Below the pieces are notes generated by a model. It saw only the letters and a list, made by a program, of their open reading frames with translations. It did no database searches and was not told where the DNA came from. Below are positions 55,207-64,000 of a stretch of 64,000 nucleotides of DNA, one piece after another (positions within the stretch are counted from its first letter, which is position 1; every line of letters begins with the position of its first letter). The stretch comes from an uncultured Chloroflexia bacterium (lineage in GTDB: Bacteria; Chloroflexota; Limnocylindria; Limnocylindrales; CSP1-4): positions 224,001-288,000 of the forward strand of contig CAVRGP010000015.1 in the NCBI GenBank assembly GCA_963720755.1, given 5' to 3'. Made by a program: the position numbers and the translations under genes.

Positions 55207-57374
55207 CGGCCTACAGCCCGGACCCCGGCGATATCGGACCGGAGACGGTCGGGTCCGGATCCGAGGCAGGGCCGCCCGACGACGGCCGGGGCGGGACGGG
55301 ATCGGCAGCCGGTGCGCTAGCACGGTCGGCTCGCTACACCGCCTGGGACGGCAGCCAGCGGGTGGCCGACCTCGAGGCCGACGAACTGGTCGATGCCCTC
55401 GCCGACGACATGATGGCAGAGGGCGATCTCGCCGAAGCCCTGCGCCGGCTTCTGGAACGCGGGTGGCGCACGGGCGATCCGACCCGTGGCGACCTGCCCG
55501 GTCTTCGCGACCTGATGGACCGACTCGAACGCCGTCGCGAGGAGATCCTCGAACGCTACGGGTTGGGCGATGCGCTGGGCGACATCCGACAGGAGCTGGA
55601 CGAGATCGTCGACCTGGAGAGAACCGGGGTCGAACGCCGGCTCGACGACGCTGCGACACCGGACGCGAACGCAGGATCGGATGCGGCGATCGCGCAGGAC
55701 GCGGAGCTCCGGTCGATGCTTCGGGGAGCGGCCGCCCGGCGGCTCGACCAGCTCGACACGTTGCCGCCCGACATCGGCGATCGGATCCGTGGTCTCCAGG
55801 ACTACGACTTCCTCGAGCCAGCGGCGCGTGAGCGCTTCGATGCCCTGGTCAAGCGCTTGCAGGGCCAGGTCCTCGATCAGTTCGTGGCCGGCATGTCGGA
55901 CGCCATCCATTCGATGCGGCCGGAGGACCTCACCGCGAATCGGGAGATGGTCCGGGACCTCAACGCCCTCATCCGCGAACGGATCGGGGGCGGGGACCCG
56001 GATGCCACCGAGTTCCTGGCCAAGCACGGCCGGTTCTTCCCGGGAGCACGCACGTTCGACGACGTGATCGACCAGCTGGCCCGACGTATGGCCGCGATGC
56101 AGTCGCTGCTTCGATCGATGTCGCCCGAACAGCGCGCCGAACTCCAGTCGATGACGGACGCGCTCCTCCGCGACGACCGGCTGCTGGTGGACCTTGCCGA
56201 ACTCGCCTCGAACCTTGACCTCCTCGTCCCGGGCGGCCTTGGCGACCGGGTCCCCTTTGCCGGCGAGGAACCGCTGGGGTTCGGCGGAGCTCTGGCCGAG
56301 ATCGGCCGGCTGGAGGCGATGGATCGCCTGGGCGACGCTCTGTCCGACATCGGGTCACCGGCCGACCTGGCCGCCATCGACCGGGCCGAGGTGCGTGACC
56401 TGCTGGGCGAGGACGGGCTGCGCGATCTCGATGCGCTCGACGACATCGCCCGTCGCCTTGAGGCGGCCGGATACCTGACCAGGGACGGTACCCACCTCGA
56501 GTTGACGCCGCGCGGCAGCCGACGGATCGGCCAGAAGGTGCTCGACGACCTGTTCGCGCGGCTTCAGCGCGACGCGTTCGGTGGGCACCGGCTCGATCGG
56601 GCGGGGCGGGGAGGGGAGCGCACCGAGGCGACCAAGCCGTATGAGTTCGGGGACCCGTTCCACCTGGACCTGCGCGGGACGATGTTCAATGCCCTGGGCC
56701 GCGAGGAGAACGCACCGGCGGCCCGGGCCGCTGCCGGCCGGCAGCGGATCCAGCTGCGGCCGGCGGACTTCGAGGTGTTGCAGACGGAGCAGCTGACCCG
56801 TACCTCCACCGTGCTGCTGGTCGACATGAGCCGGTCGATGCTTCTTCGCGGCTGCTTCCTGGCAGCCAAGAAGGTGGCGGTCGCACTCGACACCTTGATC
56901 CGGACCCAGTACCCGAGCGACCAGCTGACCGTCATCGGCTTCGCCTACTACGCCCGCGAGATCCGACCCGGGGCCCTCGCCGAGCTCACCTGGCACGGCT
57001 ACGAATACGGCACGAACCTCCAGCACGGGCTGCTCCTCGCCCGCCGGATCCTCGAGCGGACGCCGGCCGCGAACAAGGAGATCGTCGTCATCACGGATGG
57101 CGAGCCGACCGCTCATTTCGAGGACGGCCAGGTGGAATTCAACTATCCACCGACTCGGCGGACGATCCAGGAGACGCTCCGGGAGGTCATCCGCTGCACG
57201 CGGTCGGGCATCACCATCAACACGTTCATGCTCGAGCGTTCGCCGGCTCTTGCCGACTTCGTCGCCTACATGACGAAGCTGAATCGGGGACGGGCGTTCT
57301 ACGCGACCCCGGAACGCCTCGGCGAGTACATCCTGGTCGACTTCGTCAACCGTCGTACGAAGCGAGTCTCGTAG
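55203..57374 (+). CDS. VWA-domain protein, partner of the AAA+ ATPase
   Basis: RYTAWDGSQ, KPYEFGD, LLVDMSRSM (MIDAS), TNLQHGL, ITDGEPTAH. GTGA overlap with the ATPase. Confidence 0.87.
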   Translation: MTAYSPDPGDIGPETVGSGSEAGPPDDGRGGTGSAAGALARSARYTAWDGSQRVADLEADELVDALADDMMAEGDLAEALRRLLERGWRTGDPTRGDLPGLRDLMDRLERRREEILERYGLGDALGDIRQELDEIVDLERTGVERRLDDAATPDANAGSDAAIAQDAELRSMLRGAAARRLDQLDTLPPDIGDRIRGLQDYDFLEPAARERFDALVKRLQGQVLDQFVAGMSDAIHSMRPEDLTANREMVRDLNALIRERIGGGDPDATEFLAKHGRFFPGARTFDDVIDQLARRMAAMQSLLRSMSPEQRAELQSMTDALLRDDRLLVDLAELASNLDLLVPGGLGDRVPFAGEEPLGFGGALAEIGRLEAMDRLGDALSDIGSPADLAAIDRAEVRDLLGEDGLRDLDALDDIARRLEAAGYLTRDGTHLELTPRGSRRIGQKVLDDLFARLQRDAFGGHRLDRAGRGGERTEATKPYEFGDPFHLDLRGTMFNALGREENAPAARAAAGRQRIQLRPADFEVLQTEQLTRTSTVLLVDMSRSMLLRGCFLAAKKVAVALDTLIRTQYPSDQLTVIGFAYYAREIRPGALAELTWHGYEYGTNLQHGLLLARRILERTPAANKEIVVITDGEPTAHFEDGQVEFNYPPTRRTIQETLREVIRCTRSGITINTFMLERSPALADFVAYMTKLNRGRAFYATPERLGEYILVDFVNRRTKRVS

Positions 57375-57445
57375 GCCTTATCCTGCGAACGACGAGCTCA
57401 TCGAACGTGGGATGAGCGCATCTCGGACATCAGCGGAGGAATGCC

Positions 57446-57922
57446 TTGGAACTCTCGCAACTGGTCCCGTACCTGCTCTTCCTGCACGTGATGGGGGCGA
57501 TCCTCGCGTTCGGGCCGACGTTCGCGTACTCGATCATGGGGGCGATGGCCGGGCGTGAGCCGCAGCATGCCAATTTCAGCTCGCGCCAGGTGGCCGCGAT
57601 CGGCAACGGCCTGGTCTATCCGCTGGCGATCTTCCAGGGGATCACGGGTGTCCTGCTGATCATCTCCGGCCAGTTCGATGTCAAGAACCTCTGGTTGGGT
57701 CTCGGCATCGTCCTGTATGCGATCGCGTTGACGTACGCCTTGACGGTCCAGCGCAACGCGCTCCACCACCTGATCGAGCTCACCTCGACCCCCCCGGCGC
57801 CAGGCTCGCCGCCGTCGCCCGAGATCCCGGCAACGGTCAAGAAGGTCCAGCGTGGCGGCATGTTCCTCGGCCTGTTGATCGTGGTGATCGTCTTCCTGAT
57901 GGTCGTCAAGCCGACCCTCTGA
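57446..57922 (+). CDS. DUF2269-like four-TM membrane protein
   Basis: LFLHVMGAILAFG, ITGVLL, C-terminal VFLMVVKP. Confidence 0.75.
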   Translation: MELSQLVPYLLFLHVMGAILAFGPTFAYSIMGAMAGREPQHANFSSRQVAAIGNGLVYPLAIFQGITGVLLIISGQFDVKNLWLGLGIVLYAIALTYALTVQRNALHHLIELTSTPPAPGSPPSPEIPATVKKVQRGGMFLGLLIVVIVFLMVVKPTL

Positions 57923-57993
57923 TCTCCGGATGGGTCCGGTCGGGCAGCGGTCGCTACCATGATGGCGACACGATCGACAGGAGACCCATCGCG

Positions 57994-59400
57994 ATGCCAC
58001 ACGTTTCGAACTCCACCTCGGATCTGCTCGGGAGCCTCAGCCCGAGCGCCCATCTAGCCGCCGACCGACTCGTCATCGATGACGAGTCGGCGTTTCGGTC
58101 GACGACCATCCGCGACCTGGCCTGGACGGCGGCGTTCGCCAACGACGAAGCCACGATCGCAGGGGCCCAGTGGCTCATCTGGGAAGCGAGCCAGGCTCTG
58201 GGCGCGCGGTCGGCCAGCATCCAGGCCTTGTACGACGCCCGGGCTCGCGGCGAGGTCGGCGGCTTCACCGTCCCGGCGATCAACCTCCGGGCACAGACGT
58301 TCGACATGGCCCGGACCGTCTTCGAGACCGCCGCAGCCGCGGAGGTCGGGGCCGTGATCCTCGAACTCGCCCGGAGCGAGCAGACCTATACGTTCCAGCG
58401 CCCGGTGGACTACGCCACCTCCGTCCTCGCCGGTGCGATCGCCGCGGGCTGGCAAGGCCCCGTCTTCATCCAGGGCGACCATTACCAGTTCAACGCCAAG
58501 AAGTACGCCGCCGACCCCGAGTCGATGACCGAGGAGATCCGGCGCGCCTGCCGGCTGGCCATCGACGCCGGCTACCGGAACATCGATATCGACTCCTCGA
58601 CCCTGGTCGACCTGTCGAAGCCGAACGTCGACGAGGAGCAGCGCGAGAACTACCGGCGGGCCGCCGAATTGACGGCGCTCATCCGGACGCTCGAGGTCGA
58701 CGGTGTCACCGTCAGTGTCGGGGGCGAGATCGGCGAGGTGGGGACCCAGAATTCGACGGTCGCCGAATTGCGAGCCTATCTCGATGGTTACCGCCGGGAG
58801 CTGGACAGCCTGGCCCCGGGTGTTCGGGGTATCTCGAAGGTCAGCGTCCAGACCGGCACGTCCCATGGCGGGATCCCGTTGCCCGGCGGGGGCGTCGCCG
58901 AGGTGAAACTCGACTTCGAGGTCCTGCGTGAGCTCGGCGTAGTCGCCCGCGAGTACGGTCTGGCCGGTGCGGTCCAGCACGGCGCGTCGACCCTTCCGGA
59001 CGAGTTGTTCCACCGGTTCCCGGCCGTCGACACTGCCGAGATCCACCTGGCGACCGGCTTCCAGAACGCGCTCTATGAGCACCCGGCCTTCCCGGAGTCG
59101 CTGCACCGCCAGATCGAGGCGTGGTGCTTCGCCAATGCTGGCGCTGAACGCAAGGTCGACCAGACGGATCAGCAGTTCGTCTACACCACCCGCAAGAAGG
59201 CGATCGGGCCGCTCAAGCGGGAGCTGTGGGACCTCGACACGAAGGATGAGATCCTCGCCTCGCAACGACGCAAGATCGAGTATCTCTTCACGGAGTTGCG
59301 GGTTGACGGTTCTCGATCGATCGTCGACCGGTACGTCGAGCCGGTCGAACTGCACCGGCCCATGCCGGACACCCTGCGCACGCCAGCTGCCGCCGGCTGA
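57994..59400 (+). CDS. Class II fructose-bisphosphate aldolase family protein
   Basis: FTVPAINLR, FIQGDH, IDIDSS, GGEIGEVG, VQTGTSHGG, VQHGASTLP, EIHLATGFQ. Confidence 0.88.
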   Translation: MPHVSNSTSDLLGSLSPSAHLAADRLVIDDESAFRSTTIRDLAWTAAFANDEATIAGAQWLIWEASQALGARSASIQALYDARARGEVGGFTVPAINLRAQTFDMARTVFETAAAAEVGAVILELARSEQTYTFQRPVDYATSVLAGAIAAGWQGPVFIQGDHYQFNAKKYAADPESMTEEIRRACRLAIDAGYRNIDIDSSTLVDLSKPNVDEEQRENYRRAAELTALIRTLEVDGVTVSVGGEIGEVGTQNSTVAELRAYLDGYRRELDSLAPGVRGISKVSVQTGTSHGGIPLPGGGVAEVKLDFEVLRELGVVAREYGLAGAVQHGASTLPDELFHRFPAVDTAEIHLATGFQNALYEHPAFPESLHRQIEAWCFANAGAERKVDQTDQQFVYTTRKKAIGPLKRELWDLDTKDEILASQRRKIEYLFTELRVDGSRSIVDRYVEPVELHRPMPDTLRTPAAAG

Positions 59401-59412
59401 TCCCGCGCCGGC

Positions 59413-60354
59413 GTGGACGCTGCCGAGACCGTGGCCGACGATCCGCGCGATCCGCTCGTCCGCGCCCTGGCCCGGGTGCCCGAATTCGCCGCCCGGACGG
59501 TCCGGCTGACCGCCCTGTCGGGTGGCATCACCAACCGGAACTTCATGGTCGAAGCGGACGGGACGAGTGATCGATGGGTCATCCGCCTGGCCGGTAACGA
59601 CACCCACCTGCTCGGGATCAGTCGCGAGGTCGAACACGCGGCGACCGTCGCCGCGGCGGGCGTCGGGGTCGGTCCGGAGGTGACCGCTTTCATCCGGCCG
59701 GAGGGGTACCTCGTGACCCGATTCATCGCGGGTACGCCGGTCGACCTGGAGACCGTTCATCTGCCCGAGACGCTCGCTCGGATCGCCGATTCGCTGCGAC
59801 GCGTCCACGACGGACCGGCGATCCCTGGTCTGTTCGTTCCGCTCCGGATCGTCGAAGCCTATCGTGCCCTCGCGATGGCCCGGGATGTGCCGATCCCGGC
59901 CGCGTACGAGCGGGCGCTGGCCGTTGCCAGGCGGATCGAGGGGGCGCTCCTCGCCGAGCCGATCGAATTGCGGCCGTGCCACAACGATCTGCTCAACGCC
60001 AACTTCATCGATGACGGCGTTCGCATCCGGATCATCGATTGGGAGTACGCCGGGATGGGTGACCCGTTCTTCGACCTGGGCAACCTCAGCGCCAATCACG
60101 AGCTGTCGCCCGACGAGGACGCGATCCTCCTGGCGGCCTATGGCGGCGGCGCCGACGCGCGACAGCTGGCACGACTGACCCTGATGCGCATCGTGTCCGA
60201 CTTCCGCGAGGCGATGTGGGGCGTGCTGCAACAGGCGATCAGCACGCTCGAGATCGATTTCGTCGCCTACGCAGATGCGCGCTTCGACCGGCTCCTGACC
60301 GAGGCGGGATCCCGGCGTTTCGAGCGCGCAATCGCCGCGATGACCGGGGAGTGA
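59413..60354 (+). CDS. Choline/ethanolamine kinase family phosphotransferase
   Basis: LSGGITNRNF, PCHNDLLNANFI, IIDWEYAGMGDPFFDLG. Confidence 0.9.
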   Translation: MDAAETVADDPRDPLVRALARVPEFAARTVRLTALSGGITNRNFMVEADGTSDRWVIRLAGNDTHLLGISREVEHAATVAAAGVGVGPEVTAFIRPEGYLVTRFIAGTPVDLETVHLPETLARIADSLRRVHDGPAIPGLFVPLRIVEAYRALAMARDVPIPAAYERALAVARRIEGALLAEPIELRPCHNDLLNANFIDDGVRIRIIDWEYAGMGDPFFDLGNLSANHELSPDEDAILLAAYGGGADARQLARLTLMRIVSDFREAMWGVLQQAISTLEIDFVAYADARFDRLLTEAGSRRFERAIAAMTGE

Positions 60355-61433
60355 TGGACGACGGACCCGATCCGCCCGCCGGATCGCCAGCCCGCCGTGT
60401 CGCCCTCGGCGCGATCGTCTTCGTCGCGACGCTCGCGTTGCTGTTCGGGATCGGTTCTCTCGTCGGGGGCAGCCCTTCGGGTTCGGAGGGACCGGGTCCA
60501 TCGACTGGACCGGCGAGTGGCGTCTCGTCGCCACAGGTATCGGAGGCCGTGCCGTCGGCGACGACCGGTCCGACAGGCACGGCCACATCTGGCCCGACCG
60601 TCGGGCCGACGCCGTCCGCGGTCACTCCGACCGCAGGGACGGATGCGGTCCTCGTCGGGGCCGGCGATATCGCGGATTGTGGGTTGCCCGACGATGGCGC
60701 AACGGCGGACCTCATCGCCGGGATCCCCGGCACGGTGTTCACGGCCGGCGACAACGCCTACCCGACCGGATCCCGGACGCAATTCGGCGATTGCTACGAC
60801 CCGACCTGGGGGCGCTTCCTCGAGCGAACCAGACCGGCGCCAGGCAACCATGACCACCTGACTGCCGGCCTCGCTGGCTACCTGGACTACTTCGGATCGT
60901 CGGCCGCGCCGAATGGCACGAGCTGGTACTCATACGACGTCGGGACGTGGCACATCATCGTGCTCGACTCGTCGTGCGACATCGTGGGCGGATGCGGCCC
61001 CGAATCGGAGCAGGGTCGATGGCTCGCCGCCGATCTGGCAGCATCCGACGCCCGGTGCACGCTGGCGGTCTGGCATCACCCGCGCTGGAGCTCCGGACTG
61101 CACGGCAACGATCCGACCGTCGCGCCTTTCTGGCAGGCGCTCTATTCGGCCGGCGCCGACGTCGTCGTCAACGGCCACGATCACGACTACGAGCGGTTCA
61201 AGCCCCAGGATCCGGCCGGCAACGTCGACGATGCCGCGGGGCTGCGGGAATTCGTCGTGGGTACCGGCGGAGCCGCCCTGCGGTCGTTCTCGTCGACCGC
61301 GGCGAACAGCGTGGTGCGGGTCGCCGGGGTCCACGGGGTCATCCGGTTCGACCTGCGACCGAATGGGTATGGGTGGCGATTCATCTCCACGACCGGCGAG
61401 GTTTCAGATACGGGCCAGGGGACCTGTCACTGA
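60354..61433 (+). CDS. Membrane-anchored/secreted metallophosphoesterase (calcineurin-like)
   Basis: TM helix and S/P/T linker; AGDIA, AGDNAY, PGNHD, WHHP, NGHDH. Confidence 0.88.
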   Translation: MDDGPDPPAGSPARRVALGAIVFVATLALLFGIGSLVGGSPSGSEGPGPSTGPASGVSSPQVSEAVPSATTGPTGTATSGPTVGPTPSAVTPTAGTDAVLVGAGDIADCGLPDDGATADLIAGIPGTVFTAGDNAYPTGSRTQFGDCYDPTWGRFLERTRPAPGNHDHLTAGLAGYLDYFGSSAAPNGTSWYSYDVGTWHIIVLDSSCDIVGGCGPESEQGRWLAADLAASDARCTLAVWHHPRWSSGLHGNDPTVAPFWQALYSAGADVVVNGHDHDYERFKPQDPAGNVDDAAGLREFVVGTGGAALRSFSSTAANSVVRVAGVHGVIRFDLRPNGYGWRFISTTGEVSDTGQGTCH

Positions 61434-61435
61434 CG

Positions 61436-62221
61436 CTAGCGCACCTCGTCGACGTCCGTCCACCACTGGCGTCGATCGCCGATCCGGTCGCGCATCCGCC
61501 AGGCCATCGGCTTCGGTTCCCCGTCGATCCTGGACTTGACCGCGCGAGTCGCGGTCACCACGCGATCGCGAGCACCGGCATCGAGGTGGGGCTGGGTCAG
61601 CGCCACCGTCCCGACCTTCTCGAGGTTCTGGGTCAGGGTCCGCCAGAGGCCCCAGTCGGCAGCAGCCAGACGGGCGATCCGCTCCAGATCGATCGTGTCG
61701 CCGTCGCGATCGCCGAGCGGATGCTCGAGCAGCAGCATGATCACGTCGACGATGTCCTTCTCGTTGATCTTGACGATCTGGAGTTTGGACAGGAGCAACT
61801 CGGCCAACGGGATCGTCGGGCGCTCGATCTCGAGTCTGCCGGCCAGTGGGATGACGTGGCAGAACTCGAGGCGGTCGTAGAAGACATCCAGGTGGACGCG
61901 CCGGTCCGCGTGGAAGAAGATCGACCGGGCGCCCTCCGATGCGGCATACACTTCGCGGTCGTCGACGTAGCCGTGGCGGACGAGCAGCTCGGTCAGCTCC
62001 TTCGCGCCTCGCCGGTACGCGACCATGTCGATGTCGGCGTAGGTGCGCCTGGACGGGGCCAGCAACGCCGTCGCCGCCGGACAACGCAGTGAAACGGCGA
62101 TGGAGCCGAGGACCCGGAAGGGTATCCCGGCCTCGTCGGCGAACTCGATGATCCGGGCCACCTCCGCTTCCAGCGTCGCCCGGTCGATCGCATACGCCGC
62201 CTGATCACGGGAAGCGGTCAC
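61436..62221 (-). CDS. Putative nucleotidyltransferase-fold protein
   Basis: LGSIAV...RTYADIDMV motif, HLDVFYD, LLLSKLQIVKINEKD. Start inferred at GTG 62221 behind TACGAT. Confidence 0.7.
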   Translation of the reverse strand: MTASRDQAAYAIDRATLEAEVARIIEFADEAGIPFRVLGSIAVSLRCPAATALLAPSRRTYADIDMVAYRRGAKELTELLVRHGYVDDREVYAASEGARSIFFHADRRVHLDVFYDRLEFCHVIPLAGRLEIERPTIPLAELLLSKLQIVKINEKDIVDVIMLLLEHPLGDRDGDTIDLERIARLAAADWGLWRTLTQNLEKVGTVALTQPHLDAGARDRVVTATRAVKSRIDGEPKPMAWRMRDRIGDRRQWWTDVDEVR

Positions 62222-62300
62222 TGCGCGATCGTAGCGGAGCCGATCGGCCCGTGCAGGAGCGCCGCGCGGCCGTCGCTCGGAGGCCATATCGTTTCTGGTC

Positions 62301-64000
62301 ATGGCGACGGATCAGGCTCGGGTGGTGGTCATCGGCGGCGGGATCACCGGTTGCAGCGTGGCCTACCACCTCGCCCTCGAGGGTTGGACGGATGTCCTTC
62401 TGCTCGAGAAGGCCGAGCTGACGGCGGGTTCCACCTGTCAGGCCGCCGGTCTGGTCACTGCATTCAACCCGTCTTCGACGATGATGCGGTTCCGCCGGTA
62501 CAGCATCGACCTGTACCGACAGCTCGGCGTGTTCGATACCGTCGGAAGCCTGCGATTGGCGTCGAGCCACGACCAGCTCCGGGAGCTCGAGCGGGCGGCC
62601 AGCCGAGCGCGCGGGGTCGGTCTCGATGCGGGGGTCATCAGCGCCGAGGAGGCTCGTCGGCTGATGCCGGCGATCTCGGACAAGGCTCTCTACGGTGCCG
62701 TCCACCTGGCCGGGGACGGTCACCTGGACCCACACGGTGCGACGCATGCCGTCGCCGACGCGGCTCGGGCGCTCGGGGTGCGGATCAAGACCGGGATCCG
62801 GGTCACCGGGGTGGAGCTGGGTCAGCGCCGCGAGGTGACCGCGGTGATCACCGATTCCGGCCGGATCGCGACCGACGTCGTCGTCAACGCGGCCGGGATG
62901 TGGGCGCCGCAGGTCGCGGCGATGGTCGGTGGCTTCATCGCGTCCACCCCGGTCGATCATCAACACGTCGCGCTGCGCGCCGTGCCCGGGCACGAACTGC
63001 CCAGGGACATGCCCTGTTTCCGCGATCCGGACAACCTGGTCTACGGCAAGAGCGAGCAGGGCGGGATGCTCTTCGGCGGCTACGAGCTCGACCCGGTCTC
63101 GCGCTGGGAGGATGGCGTCCCGTGGGACCACGCTGCGCGCTCCATGGCCCCCGATTGGGAGCGCTTCGCCCCGCTCATGGCCGGCGCGATCCGACGGTTC
63201 CCGTTCCTGGCCGATGCCGAGGCCATCCGGCTGGTCTGCCATCCCGATGCCATGACCCCCGATGCGAACCCGCTCCTCGGCCCGCTCCCCGGCGTGCGGG
63301 GGTTCTGGGTCGCCGCCGGTCTGTCGCTCAACGGGTTCGGCGGCGGCGGTGGCATCGGTCGGGCGATGGCCGGCTGGATCACCGCCGGCGATCCGGGCGT
63401 GGATGTCGGGCCTTACCGGGCCTGGCGGTTCAGCGACACCTACCGAGACCCGACGTTCGCCGCGGGCCTGGCCCGCGAGATGTACGCCGACTACTACCAC
63501 CTGCGATATCCGTACGACGCGGACGTGACTGGTCGGCCCCGGCGGCTGTCACCGCTGCACGGCCGCCTCCAGGAGACGGGTGCCGTGTTCGGGACCAAGG
63601 CCGGCTGGGAGCGCGCCGACCACCACGAGCCCGGCCGACCGTGGCGCCGGGCCGGACGAGATCAGGCCGGCTGGGGTTGGTCCGAACCGCCCTGGTTCGG
63701 ACGCGTCTGCGCCGAGGCCCGGAGTGTCCGGGAGCGAGTCGGGATCATCGACCTGTCCTCGTTCGGGAAGATCGACGTGGACGGTCCGGGCGCCTTGTCG
63801 CTGCTCCAGCGGGTCGCGGCGAACGACGTCGACCGTCCGGCCGGCAGCGTGATCTACAGCGCATTCCTCGACGCGTCGGGTGGCATGGTCGCCGACGTCA
63901 CGATCACCCGGCTGGCGGCCGAACGGTTCCGGGTCATCACCGGCGCCGGCACCCTCGCATCCGACCTGGCCTGGCTGCGCAACGCCGTCGATGACGATGA
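62301..64000 (+). CDS. GcvT-family FAD-dependent oxidoreductase (dimethylglycine/sarcosine dehydrogenase-like), 3' truncated
   Basis: Not in the ORF track. Read directly: MATDQARVVVIGGGITGCSVAYHLALEGWTDVLLLEKAELTAGSTCQAAG..., later MTPDANPLLGP, GWERAD, IDLSSFGKIDV. Frame is open to the window end. Confidence 0.9.
   Translation, partial: MATDQARVVVIGGGITGCSVAYHLALEGWTDVLLLEKAELTAGSTCQAAGLVTAFNPSSTMMRFRRYSIDLYRQLGVFDTVGSLRLASSHDQLRELERAASRARGVGLDAGVISAEEARRLMPAISDKALYGAVHLAGDGHLDPHGATHAVADAARALGVRIKTGIRVTGVELGQRREVTAVITDSGRIATDVVVNAAGMWAPQVAAMVGGFIASTPVDHQHVALRAVPGHELPRDMPCFRDPDNLVYGKSEQGGMLFGGYELDPVSRWEDGVPWDHAARSMAPDWERFAPLMAGAIRRFPFLADAEAIRLVCHPDAMTPDANPLLGPLPGVRGFWVAAGLSLNGFGGGGGIGRAMAGWITAGDPGVDVGPYRAWRFSDTYRDPTFAAGLAREMYADYYHLRYPYDADVTGRPRRLSPLHGRLQETGAVFGTKAGWERADHHEPGRPWRRAGRDQAGWGWSEPPWFGRVCAEARSVRERVGIIDLSSFGKIDVDGPGALSLLQRVAANDVDRPAGSVIYSAFLDASGGMVADVTITRLAAERFRVITGAGTLASDLAWLRNAVDDD

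Noticed and set aside
53764-57374. Evidence of (bacterio)chlorophyll synthesis from the Mg-chelatase-like gene
   Set aside because: It belongs to the widespread AAA+/VWA chaperone pair type. No bchH or photosynthesis genes are present.
62351-63994. 547-aa + strand ORF in the track
   Set aside because: Wrong frame. The real gene starts at 62301 (GxGxxG FAD motif) and runs off the window.

Overview
GC-rich, gene-dense bacterial window, probably Chloroflexota (Limnocylindria/Ellin6529-like; this is inferred from gene style only). I found no rRNA, tRNA, CRISPR array or mobile element. The main content is a molybdo-flavoprotein island at about 11.3-40.1 kb. It holds a form II cox-like S-L-M operon (AYRGAGR), the maturation genes coxD/coxE/xdhC, a MocA-methyltransferase fusion and a genuine form I aerobic CO dehydrogenase coxMSL (AYRCSFR) followed by xdhC-YHS and coxG. 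Two cassettes interrupt this island: an ECF sigma/anti-sigma/amidohydrolase cassette, and a two-component-system regulon whose three target promoters share one exactly spaced motif. The two most unusual loci are (i) an operon at 40.2-43.7 kb in which an uncharacterised Pol-beta-like nucleotidyltransferase is translationally coupled among three paralogous Cys-bridged lipoproteins, preceded by 11-bp direct repeats and facing a SARP/ATPase/TPR regulator, and (ii) a promoter, leader peptide and terminator attenuator controlling an ABC exporter, small protein, rsgA and two GNAT genes. Also present: M16 peptidases, three ECF/anti-sigma pairs, SRAP, a TPR-rhomboid, SulP, an AAA/VWA pair, a class II aldolase, a choline kinase-like gene, a GcvT-family oxidoreductase, several apparent pseudo-enzymes and many leaderless genes.
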